From an uncultured Candidatus Peribacteria bacterium (GTDB taxonomy: Bacteria > Patescibacteriota > Gracilibacteria > BD1-5 > JAGOOR01): a stretch of 64,000 nucleotides of DNA. Made by a program: the position numbers and the translations under genes. The stretch spans positions 40,850 to 104,849 of the forward strand of contig CAZWBM010000001.1 in assembly GCA_964632405.1 (NCBI GenBank). The letters are read 5' to 3'. Shown here piece by piece: positions 44,693 through 57,492 of this stretch (positions are counted from its first letter, which is position 1; each line of letters starts with the position of its first letter). The notes under the pieces were generated by a model. It saw nothing but the letters and a program-made list of their open reading frames with translations, was not told where the DNA came from and ran no database searches.

Positions 44693-45358
44693 TTAGTTTT
44701 TCAAGTTTTTATCTTCCTCCTTTTTGTTGAGATACTCATGAATGATTTGCGCTGCAGCATCCTTTCCTCCGAGGCCGAATGCCAAACCGAATGCCAAACC
44801 TGCTGAGGCGACAAAACCGATAAGCACAGAACGAATGAGATAGTCCGGAATAATCTCTATCGTGCTTGTATTGATGAGATTGATAGCAATAGTAAAGGTG
44901 AAAAAGAGAATAAGAACTCGCGCTATGTAAGCCAAAATAACAGCTGTTCGTGGATTTTCAAAATGTACGGCATTGTAGACAAGCGTATATCCGGTACGTG
45001 ATGTCTGAATACCGAAAAAGGTGATAAGTAGAGCGAGGAGAAGATAAGGCAGATAAGCAACTACATTATCGAGAAATTTCTCCAAATCAGAATATCCTGC
45101 ACGTTCAACAGCATTCCGGAGAAAAAGAAGAAAAATAAAGACAGCAATATACTTTCCGATAGCTCGAGGAAGTGGATCACGACCAATACGAGTCGAGTGA
45201 CCGAGAAATTTATGAAAGAGTTTTTCTATGCCCGTGAAGCGGAAAATCCAGCCTATAAGCAAGAAAATGAGCAATGCAGTTACAAAACCGAAAAAGAGGA
45301 TCTGGATGGCTTCCATCCAAGGAGAAGGCTCTAAGAGGCTATAAACAGAAGGATTCAT
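44693..45358 (-). CDS. Membrane protein with repeated conserved TM-helix motifs (mechanosensitive-channel-associated type)
   Basis: Intact 221-aa ORF with several long hydrophobic helices and GLAFGLAFGLGGKD near the C-terminus. Confidence 0.6.
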   Translation of the reverse strand: MNPSVYSLLEPSPWMEAIQILFFGFVTALLIFLLIGWIFRFTGIEKLFHKFLGHSTRIGRDPLPRAIGKYIAVFIFLLFLRNAVERAGYSDLEKFLDNVVAYLPYLLLALLITFFGIQTSRTGYTLVYNAVHFENPRTAVILAYIARVLILFFTFTIAINLINTSTIEIIPDYLIRSVLIGFVASAGLAFGLAFGLGGKDAAAQIIHEYLNKKEEDKNLKN

Positions 45359-45478
45359 AAGGACATTGTATACGATTATGGGGGGTTATGCAACTTTTGA
45401 TGGTATTATGCAAGCCACAAAAACATATCAGGAGATTTGCCTTAATAAAACCTCATTATACTCCTGGAAACTCCCGAA

Positions 45479-48370
45479 CTATACCTGCTGCATCGGCACA
45501 TTTGACGAAGGAACTGAAGGTGTATTGTTTGGTAAGACATATTTTCTCCTCTGGGCAAATACATTGAGGACATCCTTGAGTTTATCGAGATAGTCCTTCT
45601 CCAGAAACGGTCTATTTTTTACCTGGAGAATCATACCTGGGGTGAGCCCGGTAAGCTGTAGAGAAGGATTTTTTCGTAGGAGAGCCGAATCAACCATGTT
45701 AAATCGTGTCGCAATAGCACTCAGTGTATCTCATTCTGCAACGGTATAGGCCACCCATGCTGCTGGTCAGAGTATCATGATATTGAGGGCGATGAAAAGG
45801 CCTCCCAAAAGAATGATCACGCCCGTAACAGAATACTGTGCTACGACTGTCGTTTCTTCCGCTGTTTTCATGAGAGATCTCTTTATTTCCTTTTTGGTGG
45901 TATTTTGCACTACCTTTGTAATAACCTGCTTGGTTTGAGAGATGATGGATCCTTTTACACTCTGATCATTTGTTGGTGTACTCTGAGCTGGCATATTAAT
46001 AACCAAGAGACAGTCCCAGCTACATTGTTCCTCTCAGTTTAGGTCACCATTATCACAGACTTCACCAGATTCTATGATACTATTGCCACAGATAGGGTCG
46101 GGTTGGGATACTTGGGGAGCGGGTTCTGGCGTACTTACCGGGGCTTCTTCTTGAGGGTTTTCTGGAATATTTGCAGGAGGTGCTTCAACAGGCTCTTCTT
46201 TTGATATTGGATATACAATTCCTCTCTCGGGTAGAGATGGGCAGCTGGTTGTGAAGCTCTCTGGGGAAGAGAGAAGAGATATTCCTTCCTCATCTATGGC
46301 CAATATTCTGTAGCTATATTCACTACAGGGGCTCAGACTAGAGAGAACAACAGAGCGATGAGTCTCGAAAGTAGGATCATCAGTGCTGAGATTGAGGTCA
46401 GTTCACAGACCATAATCGAGGACATACTTCGTAGATCTATTGGTGGTGAAAGTGATGGTGACGGAAGTAGTATCCGTAGTATTCTCGGTAGAGATGGTGA
46501 GGGATTCTAGCTCTGGTGGACATCATTCTGTTGTGAGTGAAGGCCCAGGGATGGTGGTTTCATTGCCATTTGAATCACGAGCAGTGATAGTGTAGTTATA
46601 CGTATTGCAAAGAGTTCCATCAGTGAAAGAAAAAACATGTTCTGTCCGGTATTCATAGTTATCCAGCGTGGGAAATGCTCCTCATGAAAAAATTATACGT
46701 CCTTGAGATGGTTCATCTGTCTGGAAAGTGATAGTATTAGTTGTGCCGGTACGAGTGATAGAGGGGGATGTGATAACGGGGGCATTGAGTTGATCGGGAG
46801 TTGCAACAATTGCAGATCAGCTATTATAATAGTCACTAGAACACCTGCTACTAGCATCATCATTAAAAGTAACAGTACCTCCTACGGTCCCGCCATTACA
46901 GCTCGTATCATTAAAAGTAGCATTCTGGGTTATGGTGCCTCTGTTTTCACTGGAATCATTAAAAGTAGCATTTCCAATTATTGTTCCATCGGCAGTTACG
47001 TTCGAACCATTAATGCTCGAACCATTGAAAGTAGCTCCATTTATTACTCCTATAGTGGGGAGAAATGTAATACCAGCTCCACTGAAAGTTAAAGTATTAA
47101 CCGAAGGGTATGTATTGGAGATAAGGCCTAATCGGTCTGCAGGATAATTGCCTGAGGGGATTGATCATACAGATGCGGACATAATGACATTATCAGTCAG
47201 AATTGGAAGTGAATTAGCAGGTATAGTGAATCCACTATCAGCCCACCAATTAGTGAGTACCCTCCAACCAGCATTAGTAGCACCATTAAAATAAAGAGTT
47301 CTGAAGATATCAATATCTTTATTTCATTGGTAAAGTCCACCTCAGCTCAGATTTGTAGCAGGTACAAAGTTTACCAGAGTATTGAGATCAGCATCTTGAA
47401 TAGTCCCGGATATGGACGACACATTGAGATTGCTTGTTGCATCACCAAGTTGAACCGTATAATTACAGGTTCCTGTTGTGGCAGAGGTGACAGTAAAGGT
47501 ACAGGTACGATCAGTTACGCCTGTTTCGAGAGTAACTGTGACATTCCCCGTGGAAGTAACCGCTTCAGAAAAGGTGACATCTATATCAATAACTTCACCA
47601 ACAGTATAGGAACCATTGGGTTTATCTGAGTTGACTGAAAGAATGGTTGGTGGCACATTATCATAACCGTGATAGGTTATTGTCCCCTGCACAGTTCCTC
47701 CAATAGGATTTTCAGATGGAAAATAGACATCGGCATTGAGCGTAATAGTTCCATAATTAAAACTTGATCCATTAAATGTGGCATTACCGGTGACGAGAGA
47801 ACCATTAAAACTTGATCCATTAAATGTGGCATTACCTGTTATAGGACCATTATTGGAACTTCCACTATTAAATGTTGTGGTACCATTGATGGTCTCATTG
47901 TTATAGCTGTCATCATTAAATGTTGTGGTACCATTGATGGTACCATTATTGGAACCGTTGTTATAGAAGGTAGTAGTACCATTAATAGTACCACCATTAT
48001 TGGAGCCTCCATTATTAAACGTAGTAGTACCGTTGATGGTACCATTATTACGAGTGGAATGATTGAAAGTGGCGCCATTAGCTACTGTAAGATTGATACT
48101 GATGAATTGAGGATTCAGAGAAGCATCGTTAAAAGTAAATGAATTAACAGATGCTGGGCCACCAGAGTTAGAAGAGATAGTTGCAGCAACAGCAATAACA
48201 TCATCAGTTATACCGGGAAGTGAATTAGCAGGTATAGTGAATCCGCTGTTGGTCCACCAATTACTCAGTGTGTTCCAATCACCGTTAGTAGCACCATTGA
48301 AATACAGCGTCGCTCACCATGCTTGAGTTGCTATTAAGAGAGAGAGAAGGAGAAGAATCTTTTTGAACAC
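45479..48370 (-). CDS. Large Asn-rich adhesin-like surface protein with Cys-rich repeat, TM segment and C-terminal LysM
   Basis: One code-25 frame links GTG 48370 through track ORFs 47342-47692, 46034-46303, 45767-46006 and 45479-45697. 963 aa. Signal peptide FKKILLLLSLLIATQA. TAG stop at 45481-45479. Confidence 0.8.
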
Positions 48371-48462
48371 AAAAAAAGGATTTTTAATTGACTATAGTAT
48401 GCATTATATAGAACTATAACTGTTGCGTCAAGTATTTTGACCTTTATTTGAGCAATTACACA

Positions 48463-50400
48463 CTATCACAGTTCCAGTATTGCATCTCTCAATTCTGCCG
48501 CTTTTTCAAAGTCGAGATTGGCGGCGGCGATATCCATTTCGAGCTCCAGACGACGTATATAGGCTTCTTTGTCAACTCATTTAGGAACAAGCACCTTTTC
48601 CTCTTTTTTATCACGGAATCCGAGATCCTTGATGCTCGAGATAATCGTGGTGGGCGTGATTCAGTGTTTCTTGTTATAGTCTATCTGCACTTTCCGTCGA
48701 CGAGCTGTGATATCCATGGTTTCCTGCATGGATCTGGATATCTGTCCTTCGTAGGAATAGAAGATGACGTGTCCGTTGGAATTCCTCGCTGCACGACCAA
48801 CAATCTGGATGAGCGACTGGGTCGATCGAAGAAATCCTTGCTTATGGGCATCGACGATACCGATAAAGGATACTTCAGGGAGATCGAGACCTTCTCGGAG
48901 AAGATTGACCCCCACAATGACGTCTACTTTCCCTGTTCGGAGATCTTTCAATATCCTGAGTCGTTCAATGGTATCTATTTCTGAGTGCAGATAGTGGGCC
49001 TTGATTCAGTGCTCCCGCAGATAACTCGCCAGATCCTCGCTGGACTTCTTTGTCACTGTCGTAATGAGGACACGTTCGCCACGTTCGACAGCGCCACGAA
49101 TGTTTGATAAGAGACTTTCGACCAGTTGATCCATTGGTTCGACAGTAATCAGAGGATCGAGAAGCCCTGTAGGGCGAATTACTTGTTCCACAAGGGGACC
49201 ATCACGTTCTATATGAGAATCCCCAGGAGTAGCAGAAACACAGACAAATTGATGAATTTTTGCTTCAAATTCATGGAAATAGAGAGGTCTATTATCGTAC
49301 GCGCTCGGCAAACGAAAGCCATTTTCGACGAGCATGTCTTTTCGTGATTTATCTCCAGCGAACATTCCTCGAACCTGTGACAAAGTAATATGGGACTCGT
49401 CGATGAAAGTCAGGAAATCCTTCGGGAAATAATCAATGAGCGTCATCGGTGGTTCGCCTGGATTACGTCCATCGAGATATCTGGAATAATTCTCTATGCC
49501 CTTCACATATCCTACTTCGCCCATCATCTCGAGATCATATTCTACTCGTGTTTTGATACGCTCAGCAGCAACGATATTGCCTTTTTCTCGGAAATACTCT
49601 ATCCGCTCAGCAAGTTCTGCCTTGATATGTGGGGTGATAGCTTTGACATGTTCGACACTGGTGACCGTATGGGAAGCAGGGAAAATCATAGCATCATCCA
49701 CACTTTCGAGGACATGGCTCGAGATAGGCTCGACAACACGTATGGCCTCGATCTGGGTCCCAAAAAACTCTATACTGTAATAATATTCCTTGCTCGCAGG
49801 AAAAATCTGGAATGTATCGCCCAAAACTCGGAACATACCTTGCTTGAAATCAAGTGTTGAGCGATCAAACTGGAGCCCAACAAGGTGATTGATGAGGTCT
49901 TTTATGACATATTTCTGTCATTTTCTGAGCTGAAGCACACCCCCCATGTATTCCTCTTTGTTACCGATACCATAGATGCAGCTTACAGAAGCAACAATAA
50001 TGACATCTTTCCGGGTGAGGAGGGCCTCGGTGGCAGCATGCCGGAGACGGTCTATCTCATCATTGATGGAAGAATCTTTTTCTATATAGGTATCTGTCTT
50101 TTGTATATATGCTTCGGGTTGATAGTAATCATAATAGCTGACAAAATAGTGGACAGCATTGTCAGGAAAGAATTCACGGAATTCCTGACACAGCTGGGCT
50201 GCAAGGGTTTTATTGTGCGCTACTATGAGGGTTGGTCGTTGGACTTTTTGTATGATATTGGCCATTGTGAAGGTCTTTCCTGATCCAGTGACGCCCTGGA
50301 GAGTCTGATATCTATTTCCACCTTCTATGCTTGTGAGAAGGGCTTTTATCGCTGCTGGTTGGTCTCAGGTTGGTTTATAGTTACTTTTGAGGGAAAACAT
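48463..50400 (-). CDS. uvrB: Excinuclease ABC subunit B
   Basis: [18 protein letters not shown] (TGA 50367-50365) and [10 protein letters not shown]. Track ORFs 49918-50265, 49006-49836 and 48661-48951 share a frame. C-terminal UVR motif. Ends ...LEL-G then TAG 48465-48463. Confidence 0.93.
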
Positions 50401-50404
50401 AGGT

Positions 50405-51544
50405 TTATTTCCGGATTATCTCAAGGGCCTTTTCTTTCTGTCCATCGTGGCCTTCTGTGATGTCTTGGGGTGTAGGAAGGATAATAGTATCGGGTGTTAT
50501 ACCTACACCGTCCAGCAAGTCTCCGGCTGCAGTCCGCCAATGAGCGATAGTTATCTTGAGTTCTCCACCATTTCTCAGAGGAAAAAGTTCTTGCACTGAT
50601 CATTTGCCATAGGTTTGAGACCCGATTATGGGGGCTTTGAGGTGTGTATGGAGCGCAGAGGCGAGTATTTCTGCAGCAGAGGCCGTCTGTCCATTCACGA
50701 GGATGAAAAGAGGGATGGTCGTTCTCTGACTGCCTGTTGAGGTATATTCTTGCTTGTTTGAATCCTCCACAGTGGCTATGAGGTCGCCTGGCCCGAGAAA
50801 AAGGGAACCAACTTCGACAGCCGATTGAAGCGTTCCTCCGCCATTATTACGCAAATCCAGGAGGAGAGTCTGGTATTTTCCCTTATGTTTCTGGAGGACT
50901 TCCGCTACATCCTCTCCGGAGTGATCGTTAAAAGAAAGAAGCTCTATAGAGAGCACATTGCCCTTGAGTTCATCAGAAATAATGGGGATTTCCAACTTTT
51001 GCCGAATAAGGGTGACTTGTTTCTTGGTAGCAAGAATGCTCGAGAAAACATCCAGCACAACAGCTGTGCCAGCAGGTCATCGTATCCGCGAAACAGCCTG
51101 ATTAGCGGTCTTATCGTGCATGCTTTCACCATCAACCGCCTGTATCAAATCGCCCGGAAGAAGTCCAGATTTCTGGGCTGGAGAACCCGGGAGAACACCA
51201 GAAACATAAATACCATTGGAGCTTTCCTCAACATAGGCGCCTATTCACTCAAAATCACCCTCGATCATAGTTTGAAATGAGAGCATTTCTTCAGGAGAAA
51301 AGTACTGCGTAAATTGATCACCATAGGCTCCAACAAAGCTATGAATTATTTTATCATGAAGGGTCTTTTCTGCCGGAGGAGAAATATGATCATCCAGGAG
51401 GGATTTTGCTTCAGCAATAGTGGTACCAAGGTCTCATGAAAAAGAAGATATGGAAGAGTTTTTATTGTGGTTTTGCACAAAAGAAACACAGATGAGGGTA
51501 AGGAGAATTCCTGTTAAAAAGAAAAAGAGGTTTTTTCGCATCAT
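50405..51544 (-). CDS. S41-family carboxy-terminal processing protease
   Basis: N-terminal TM helix, a PDZ-like segment (GVLPGSPAQKSGLLPGDLIQAVDG), and a catalytic region NGQTASAAEILA. ORFs 50405-50596 and 50600-51058 plus the upstream part are joined through TGA codons. Confidence 0.88.
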
Positions 51545-51710
51545 AGAAGAAGCATTATCGTGAAATAGTTTCTTTTTTCCAGTCTTTTTTTTACAATATT
51601 TTTTTGTTAAAAAAGTATCTGTTTTCTCTTTCGGGTGGGGCGGGTGAAAACATTCTGTAAGAAATATGTTTGAAAGAGGGGTGGAAGTATGGTAAGATGT
51701 ATTTATAAGT

Positions 51711-52787
51711 ATGGCTTCTTATAAGATACATAGCATAAAAGACTCAGAAAAACTCTCTTTTATTATAGAATGAGAAAATGAATCCTCTATTTCTCAAAAA
51801 CTTTCAGCAGAAGGCCACATTATACTCTCTGTAGAAAAAATAGAGGTACCAACAGAAAATCTCTTTTGTTTCGAGGGAAGAACACCCAATGGATCCCCTA
51901 TAGAGGGGAAGATATCTGCCGACGACATCTTTCTTGCCTATGAAATGCTTAAAAAGGAATATAAATATACTCTCACAAAACTCTATCCCGAAAGCACCCG
52001 GGACGTAAAAAAACAAGAGAAAATATTCCTAGATCTTCTCGCCACATTCCAAGAAAACGTTACACAAAAGCCAAAAAAAACAACTGACACCTCTCAGAAA
52101 AACCTCCAAAAAGCCAAAAAAACACTTCAAAAACTCATCACGATACTTCAAAAAGAAAACGACCCCGCTTATCAAGACACGATATTGGAGCTCAAAAAGC
52201 TTGATCAGAACAATAATCTCAGCACTACTCAAGATTCCCTCAAAACAATTGTGAAAAAGCTTTCCCAGAACAGAGAATCATCCCTTTTTCAAACACTGCA
52301 GCCAATAAGAAAAGAAGCTGGTGTTTACCTTCTTCCCGGGCTTCTTCTTTCCCTTTGGCAAAACATGCAAAACATGTCCGGACTCTTCACTCCTATTATA
52401 CACCCCCAAGAAAAAAGAACACCAAAGCACACCGAGAAGACCCAGGACGCAATTAAAAATGAATATATAGCCATACAAAACAATAGTCATATTCACACTT
52501 TTCTCCGAAAGAAATATAGATCCAAAATATCCCACTTTTTTCACCCAAAATCCAAAACATACTATGTTTATACACTTCTTCGACAAAAAAAATCACTCTA
52601 CTTTAGCACAAAAGCTCTTTCAGTCCTCAAAAAGATCCTCATAATAGCACTCATAACCACCGTATTTGGCATGATGGTGATCCTTCTCTCTGGGCTCTAT
52701 AGTACGATGTTTGTGACCACAAGTACGACTTATATATTTTGGGGATTTATTATTGCTTCTCTTGTAATTCAGAGCGAGACAGTATAA
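51711..52787 (+). CDS. Hypothetical protein with C-terminal TM helices
   Basis: ATG 51711, in frame with track ORF 51945-52787 through TGA. Lys/Gln-rich middle region and two C-terminal hydrophobic helices. Confidence 0.55.
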
Positions 52788-52794
52788 TTTTTTC

Positions 52795-54024
52795 ATGCTG
52801 TTACTTACGAGCCTTATACATTGTATTTTTGCAGGTATTTTTTTCTTTTTCCATCGCTATGTAGAGATGACCGTGGTGATCTTGATTTGGGTAATTTTTA
52901 TCTCAAAAATTGTTCCTCCTCTCGACATCATCCGACGACCGAAATTCCTCAAGCAAAAATTGTCTGAAAGCGATGCTTTTGAGCAATCGCTCTATATCAG
53001 CTCCGGAATTCTTTTTTATACTGCGCTTGTTGGTGTCGCGCTTGGTATTGCCAATGCATTTTGACTTCCAGTTGATCTACGGCTACTCTACTACTGTATC
53101 TTTTTTCTCACGAGCGTCATTTATGGGATATACCTCCTTACCTATCCCAAAAATCCAAACACATTTGTCCTTTTTCGGACCCATACGATGATTGCCAGCA
53201 CGATTCTGAGCTTATTAACCATGACGGCACTTTTTTTCGAATGGAATTCTATTGATGGACTTATGATGATCAACATGCTTCTGGTCACCACAGGGCTTGC
53301 AATAGTAATTATATTTGATCGAAACATATCGCTTCCGGTTCACATAGCTACTATTTATTTTTTCCTTCTCGCGATTGTCTGTCTCACTGCAGGTGTAGCT
53401 TCCCTCTTCAATGACGATATTTCTATAACTCTCTTTTTTCTCCTGACCGTTCTCGGTGCTCTCTATCTCTTTTTTCCAGGACTTCAGGCTCGCACCTATA
53501 AAACCTCTCATCTTCCCGTCATTTCCTGGCATTTTTCAAACTGTATCCTCGCCTGTTCTTGGGCTATATTTGGCTATATTTTTTGGTCTCTTTTTTGGTG
53601 ACCAGAGAGAGAAGTACTTGTCATATTGCTGGATCTTCTTTTGATCTTGGGATTATGGCTCCGTGTCTACACGACAGAGAATGAGAATCCTATATTTTTC
53701 TCTGGTATAATACTAGCACTTTCGACATTTGTCGCTTACGCCATATTCATGCTTCTTCCACCTATTTTCTGGATAGTTTCAGCAGGACTCTTTGTTTTTG
53801 CAGGAGGGCTTCTCCTAGCTTCCAGAATTTATAAAAATCGTGTTCAAGAGCTTATCCTCGCGAGCGGGGCTGTGCTCTTTCTCTGTGGTTCTGATATAGT
53901 TCTGATTTTCCAAAATCATGGGCTTTTTGCCCTGTCGACCCTCTTCCTCTTCCAGTCACTTATTTGGTATGGTGCCTACGAAATTTTTCACCGTCAGGCC
54001 AATGTTAAAAAGCGAGCACTATAA
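52795..54024 (+). CDS. Polytopic integral membrane protein (409 aa)
   Basis: ORFs 52795-53064, 53188-53601 and 53626-54024 share a frame and join through TGA. At least 10 hydrophobic helices. Confidence 0.65.
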
Positions 54025-54541
54025 ACGATATATCCCAGGGTTTTCTCTCGACAAAGTCGTTGTTGGGGCTTATTATGATAATGACATGGCTAGAAGGATT
54101 CACCGATTCAAATTCTCCCATAATTATGTCGATCGTGTCTACTTTGAAGGGCTCGGTGCTCATATAAGAGCGGAATATCCATATGTACCAGACATCATTG
54201 TCTGTCCACCTATTAGTGTCTTGGATAGGATATTTCGTGGGCCCAATCATGCTCTCATTCTTGCGAAGTACCTTGGGGAGAAAAATATACCCATACTGTG
54301 CCCTTTTCATAAAAAATCCTTTTCTGGTCATCAATCCAGGCGTAGCAGGAGCGAGAGAGCTCGAATACGAGAAGAATATTCTCTTGATCCAAAATATAGA
54401 GACCAGATAGCCGGTAAAAAGATCCTTCTTATTGATGACATTATTACCACGGGCTATACTGCCCACACACTAGGAAAACTTCTCAAAAAAGCCGGAGCTA
54501 AAGAGGTTATAGGGTATTTCCTCTCCAGTGAAAAAGTCTAG
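54002..54541 (+). CDS. ComF-family phosphoribosyltransferase-like protein (short form)
   Basis: C-terminal KKILLIDDIITTGYT PRTase motif. I chose ATG 54002 inside track ORF 53918-54541, which overlaps the upstream gene by 23 nt. Confidence 0.7.
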   Translation: MLKSEHYKRYIPGFSLDKVVVGAYYDNDMARRIHRFKFSHNYVDRVYFEGLGAHIRAEYPYVPDIIVCPPISVLDRIFRGPNHALILAKYLGEKNIPILCPFHKKSFSGHQSRRSRSERARIREEYSLDPKYRDQIAGKKILLIDDIITTGYTAHTLGKLLKKAGAKEVIGYFLSSEKV

Positions 54542-54598
54542 AGGAATAAAAAATTTGAGAAAATAGAGAGTCCGCATATACTAGCGTATCACTCGCCT

Positions 54599-57490
54599 AT
54601 GTCCAATACCATTGATCTCTTCTGAGTCACCACACATAATCTCCGGGATATCGACATTTCCTTCACCAAAAACTCGCTCACAGTCCTCACGGGCGTCAGT
54701 GGTTCAGGGAAATCCTCTCTCGTCTTTACGACACTCTGTAATGAAGGACAAAGACGTTATCTAGAATCCCTCTCAACCTATGCGAGGATGTTCATCGGAG
54801 GCATGTCTGAGGAGGCAAAAGTAAAGGAAATACGAGGTCTTACACCCACCATCAGCATCGAACAAAAAACAGTCGCCCATAACCCCAGATCAACTGTCGG
54901 AACCATCACAGAAATATATGATTTCTATCGGCTCTTTTTCCTCAGTCTCGGTACCCGAATCTGTCCACATGATGGAAGCCCCATGATGAAAAAAACGCAT
55001 AAAGACGTTATAGATTATGTAGGGAGACTGAAAAATGGTACACGTATAGGAATTTGTGCCCAAATACGCAAAACATTTGAAACAAGCACGGAATTACGTG
55101 ATTTTGTAGGGCAAAAAGGATTTGTTCGTTATTTAGTAGACAATCATGTCTACAATCTCTCGGATACTCTTCCAGAAAAGCCTTCAGAAGCTTGGATCAT
55201 TGTCGATCGTGTCGAACTTGATAGGGATGATGCCACACAAATTGACCGTATTTCTCAGTCTGTTTCCACAGCTTTTGAGCATGGAGAAGATGTCGTTGGC
55301 ATCTATCAATTTGACGAAGATAAGAAAAAGAAGAATTCAGTTGAGATCTTCTCACGAGCATTTCGTTGCCCACTGTGTGGCTATGTGCCAGAGGTGTTAA
55401 CTTTATCACATTTTTCATTTAATTCTCCTACAGGCGCCTGTCCAACGTGCCATGGACTCGGGTCACTTCTGAGTTTTACAGAAGAATCCGTGATTGATCC
55501 AGAAAAAACTCTTGAAGAAGGTGCGGTGATGCCATGGACACCTGATTCGTACTATTATTTTGTCCTCCAGGGCGCGTGTAAGCACCACAAGATCCCAACA
55601 AAAATCCTCTATCGGGACCTCACAGGCAAGCAAAAAAATATCATCCTCCATGGATCAGAAGAGAAATTGACACTCTCGACACCGCAGATGCAGAAGTCTT
55701 GGAATGCGAAGTATCCAGGCATAATTCCATACTTGAATCGTGTCTACCATGATCCGGATTCGAGCGAATCTCTTCATGAAAAAATAGACCCCTATGTGGT
55801 ATCGTCCATCTGTGATACGTGTCACGGCTATCGAGTTGGAGAGCCTGCCAGAAGCGTTATCATAACTTCAAAAATGCAGACCCTTAAACGCTCAAAAAAG
55901 GATGAAGGAGGAATAAATACTTTTCATATTGGTCAAGTGGCAGAGCTCTCTGTCGAGCACTCCATAGAGTTTTTCGACAGCCTCGATTTTGACAAAGAAG
56001 AGACAAAAATTGCTGGAAATGTCCTCAAGAATATCAGGGATCGTCTGAAATTTCTGAAAGGTGTAGGCCTTGGTTACATGACCCTTGCCCGACGCTCAAA
56101 TACGCTCTCCGGAGGTGAATCTCAGCGTATTCGACTTGCCACGCAAGTGTGAACGCGCCTTGAAGGTATTACTTATGTCCTCGATGAGCCCTCAATCGGG
56201 CTTCATCCACGAGATAGTCGTCTCCTTATTGATAATCTGAGAGAACTCGTCAATCTCGGAAATACGGTCATAGTTGTCGAACATGACGAAGATATTATGT
56301 GAACAGCTGATGAGATCATCGACATAGGACCAGGTGCAGGTGTCCATGGCGGGACTATTGTTTTTCAGGGGACATTCCAGGAACTCCTCAAATCCGACAC
56401 ACGAACGGCGAAATTCCTCCGTGGCGAAGAAGAGATAAAGATTCCAGAACTCAAGAAAAAACCAACGAAATTCCTTCATCTCAAAGACGCTACCGAAAAT
56501 AACCTCCAGCATGTTTCTATTGATATACCTCTTGAAGCACTGACAGTCGTGACAGGTGTAAGTGGATCTGGAAAATCTTCCCTTATCAATCGCACTCTCG
56601 CTCCTGTGATGCGGAATTTGCTTCATGGAACTCGAGATGCACACGGGCCTCTCAAGGGGATATCTGGTGACGCGGAACTCGACAAAGTCGTCATCATCGA
56701 TCAGATGCCTATCGGGAAAACTCCACGATCCAATCCTGCGACTTATACGGGCGTCTTCACGGATGTCCGTGATGTCTTTGCACAAACACTTGAGGCTAGA
56801 GCTCGCGGATATGGTCCAGGACATTTCAGTTTCAATACCAAACAAGGACGCTGCGATGCCTGTGAAGGAGATGGGGTTCGACGCATCCAGATGCACTTCC
56901 TTCCTGATGTCCATGTCACCTGTGAGTCCTGTGGAGGAAGCCGCTACAACCACCTCGTCCGTGAAATCCACTTCCATGATAAATCCATCTCTGATATTCT
57001 CGCCATGACTGTCGAAGATGCGGTTGTTTTTTTCGACAAATTCCCCAAGATCAAACACAAGCTTCAGACCATCCTCGATGTTGGTCTCGGCTATATCACG
57101 CTTGGACAGTCGGCTCTGACGCTCTCCGGAGGTGAATCTCAGCGTATCAAACTCGCAACAGAACTTGCCCGAAAATCGACAGGGAAAACCCTCTATATCA
57201 TGGATGAGCCCACGACCGGGCTTCACTTCTCGGATATCCAGAAACTCATGTCGATAGTGTCGAGTCTGGTGGAGAGAAATAATACTGTCGTCATCATCGA
57301 GCACCATCTGGACGTGATCACCAATGCCCATTATCTCATCGATATGGGACCAGAGGGTGGCGAACGAGGAGGAAAACTCCTCTATCAATGACCTCGTGAT
57401 GGCATTCTCACAGTCAAGGGTTCGCATACTGCCGAAGCACTCCAGCAATTCACCCTTCACAAAAAATCTCTCAAAAGTAAAAAAAAGTAA
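54599..57490 (+). CDS. uvrA: Excinuclease ABC subunit A
   Basis: ATG 54599. LF-G-VTTHNL (TGA 54623-54625). [10 protein letters not shown] occurs twice and LSGGESQR occurs twice, with zinc-finger Cys pairs. ORFs 54788-56152 and 56549-57391 share a frame. TAA stop at 57488-57490. Confidence 0.95.
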
Positions 57491-57492
57491 TC

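Noticed and set aside
46703-48984. Plus-strand ORFs 46703-47092, 47327-47629 and 48448-48984
   Set aside because: They are antisense to the adhesin gene and to uvrB. Their translations are repetitive mirror images of the sense repeats.
56192-57460. 422-aa ORF on the minus strand
   Set aside because: It is entirely antisense to uvrA, whose product aligns motif by motif with UvrA. The minus-frame translation is low complexity with no motif, which is typical of a stop-free shadow frame.
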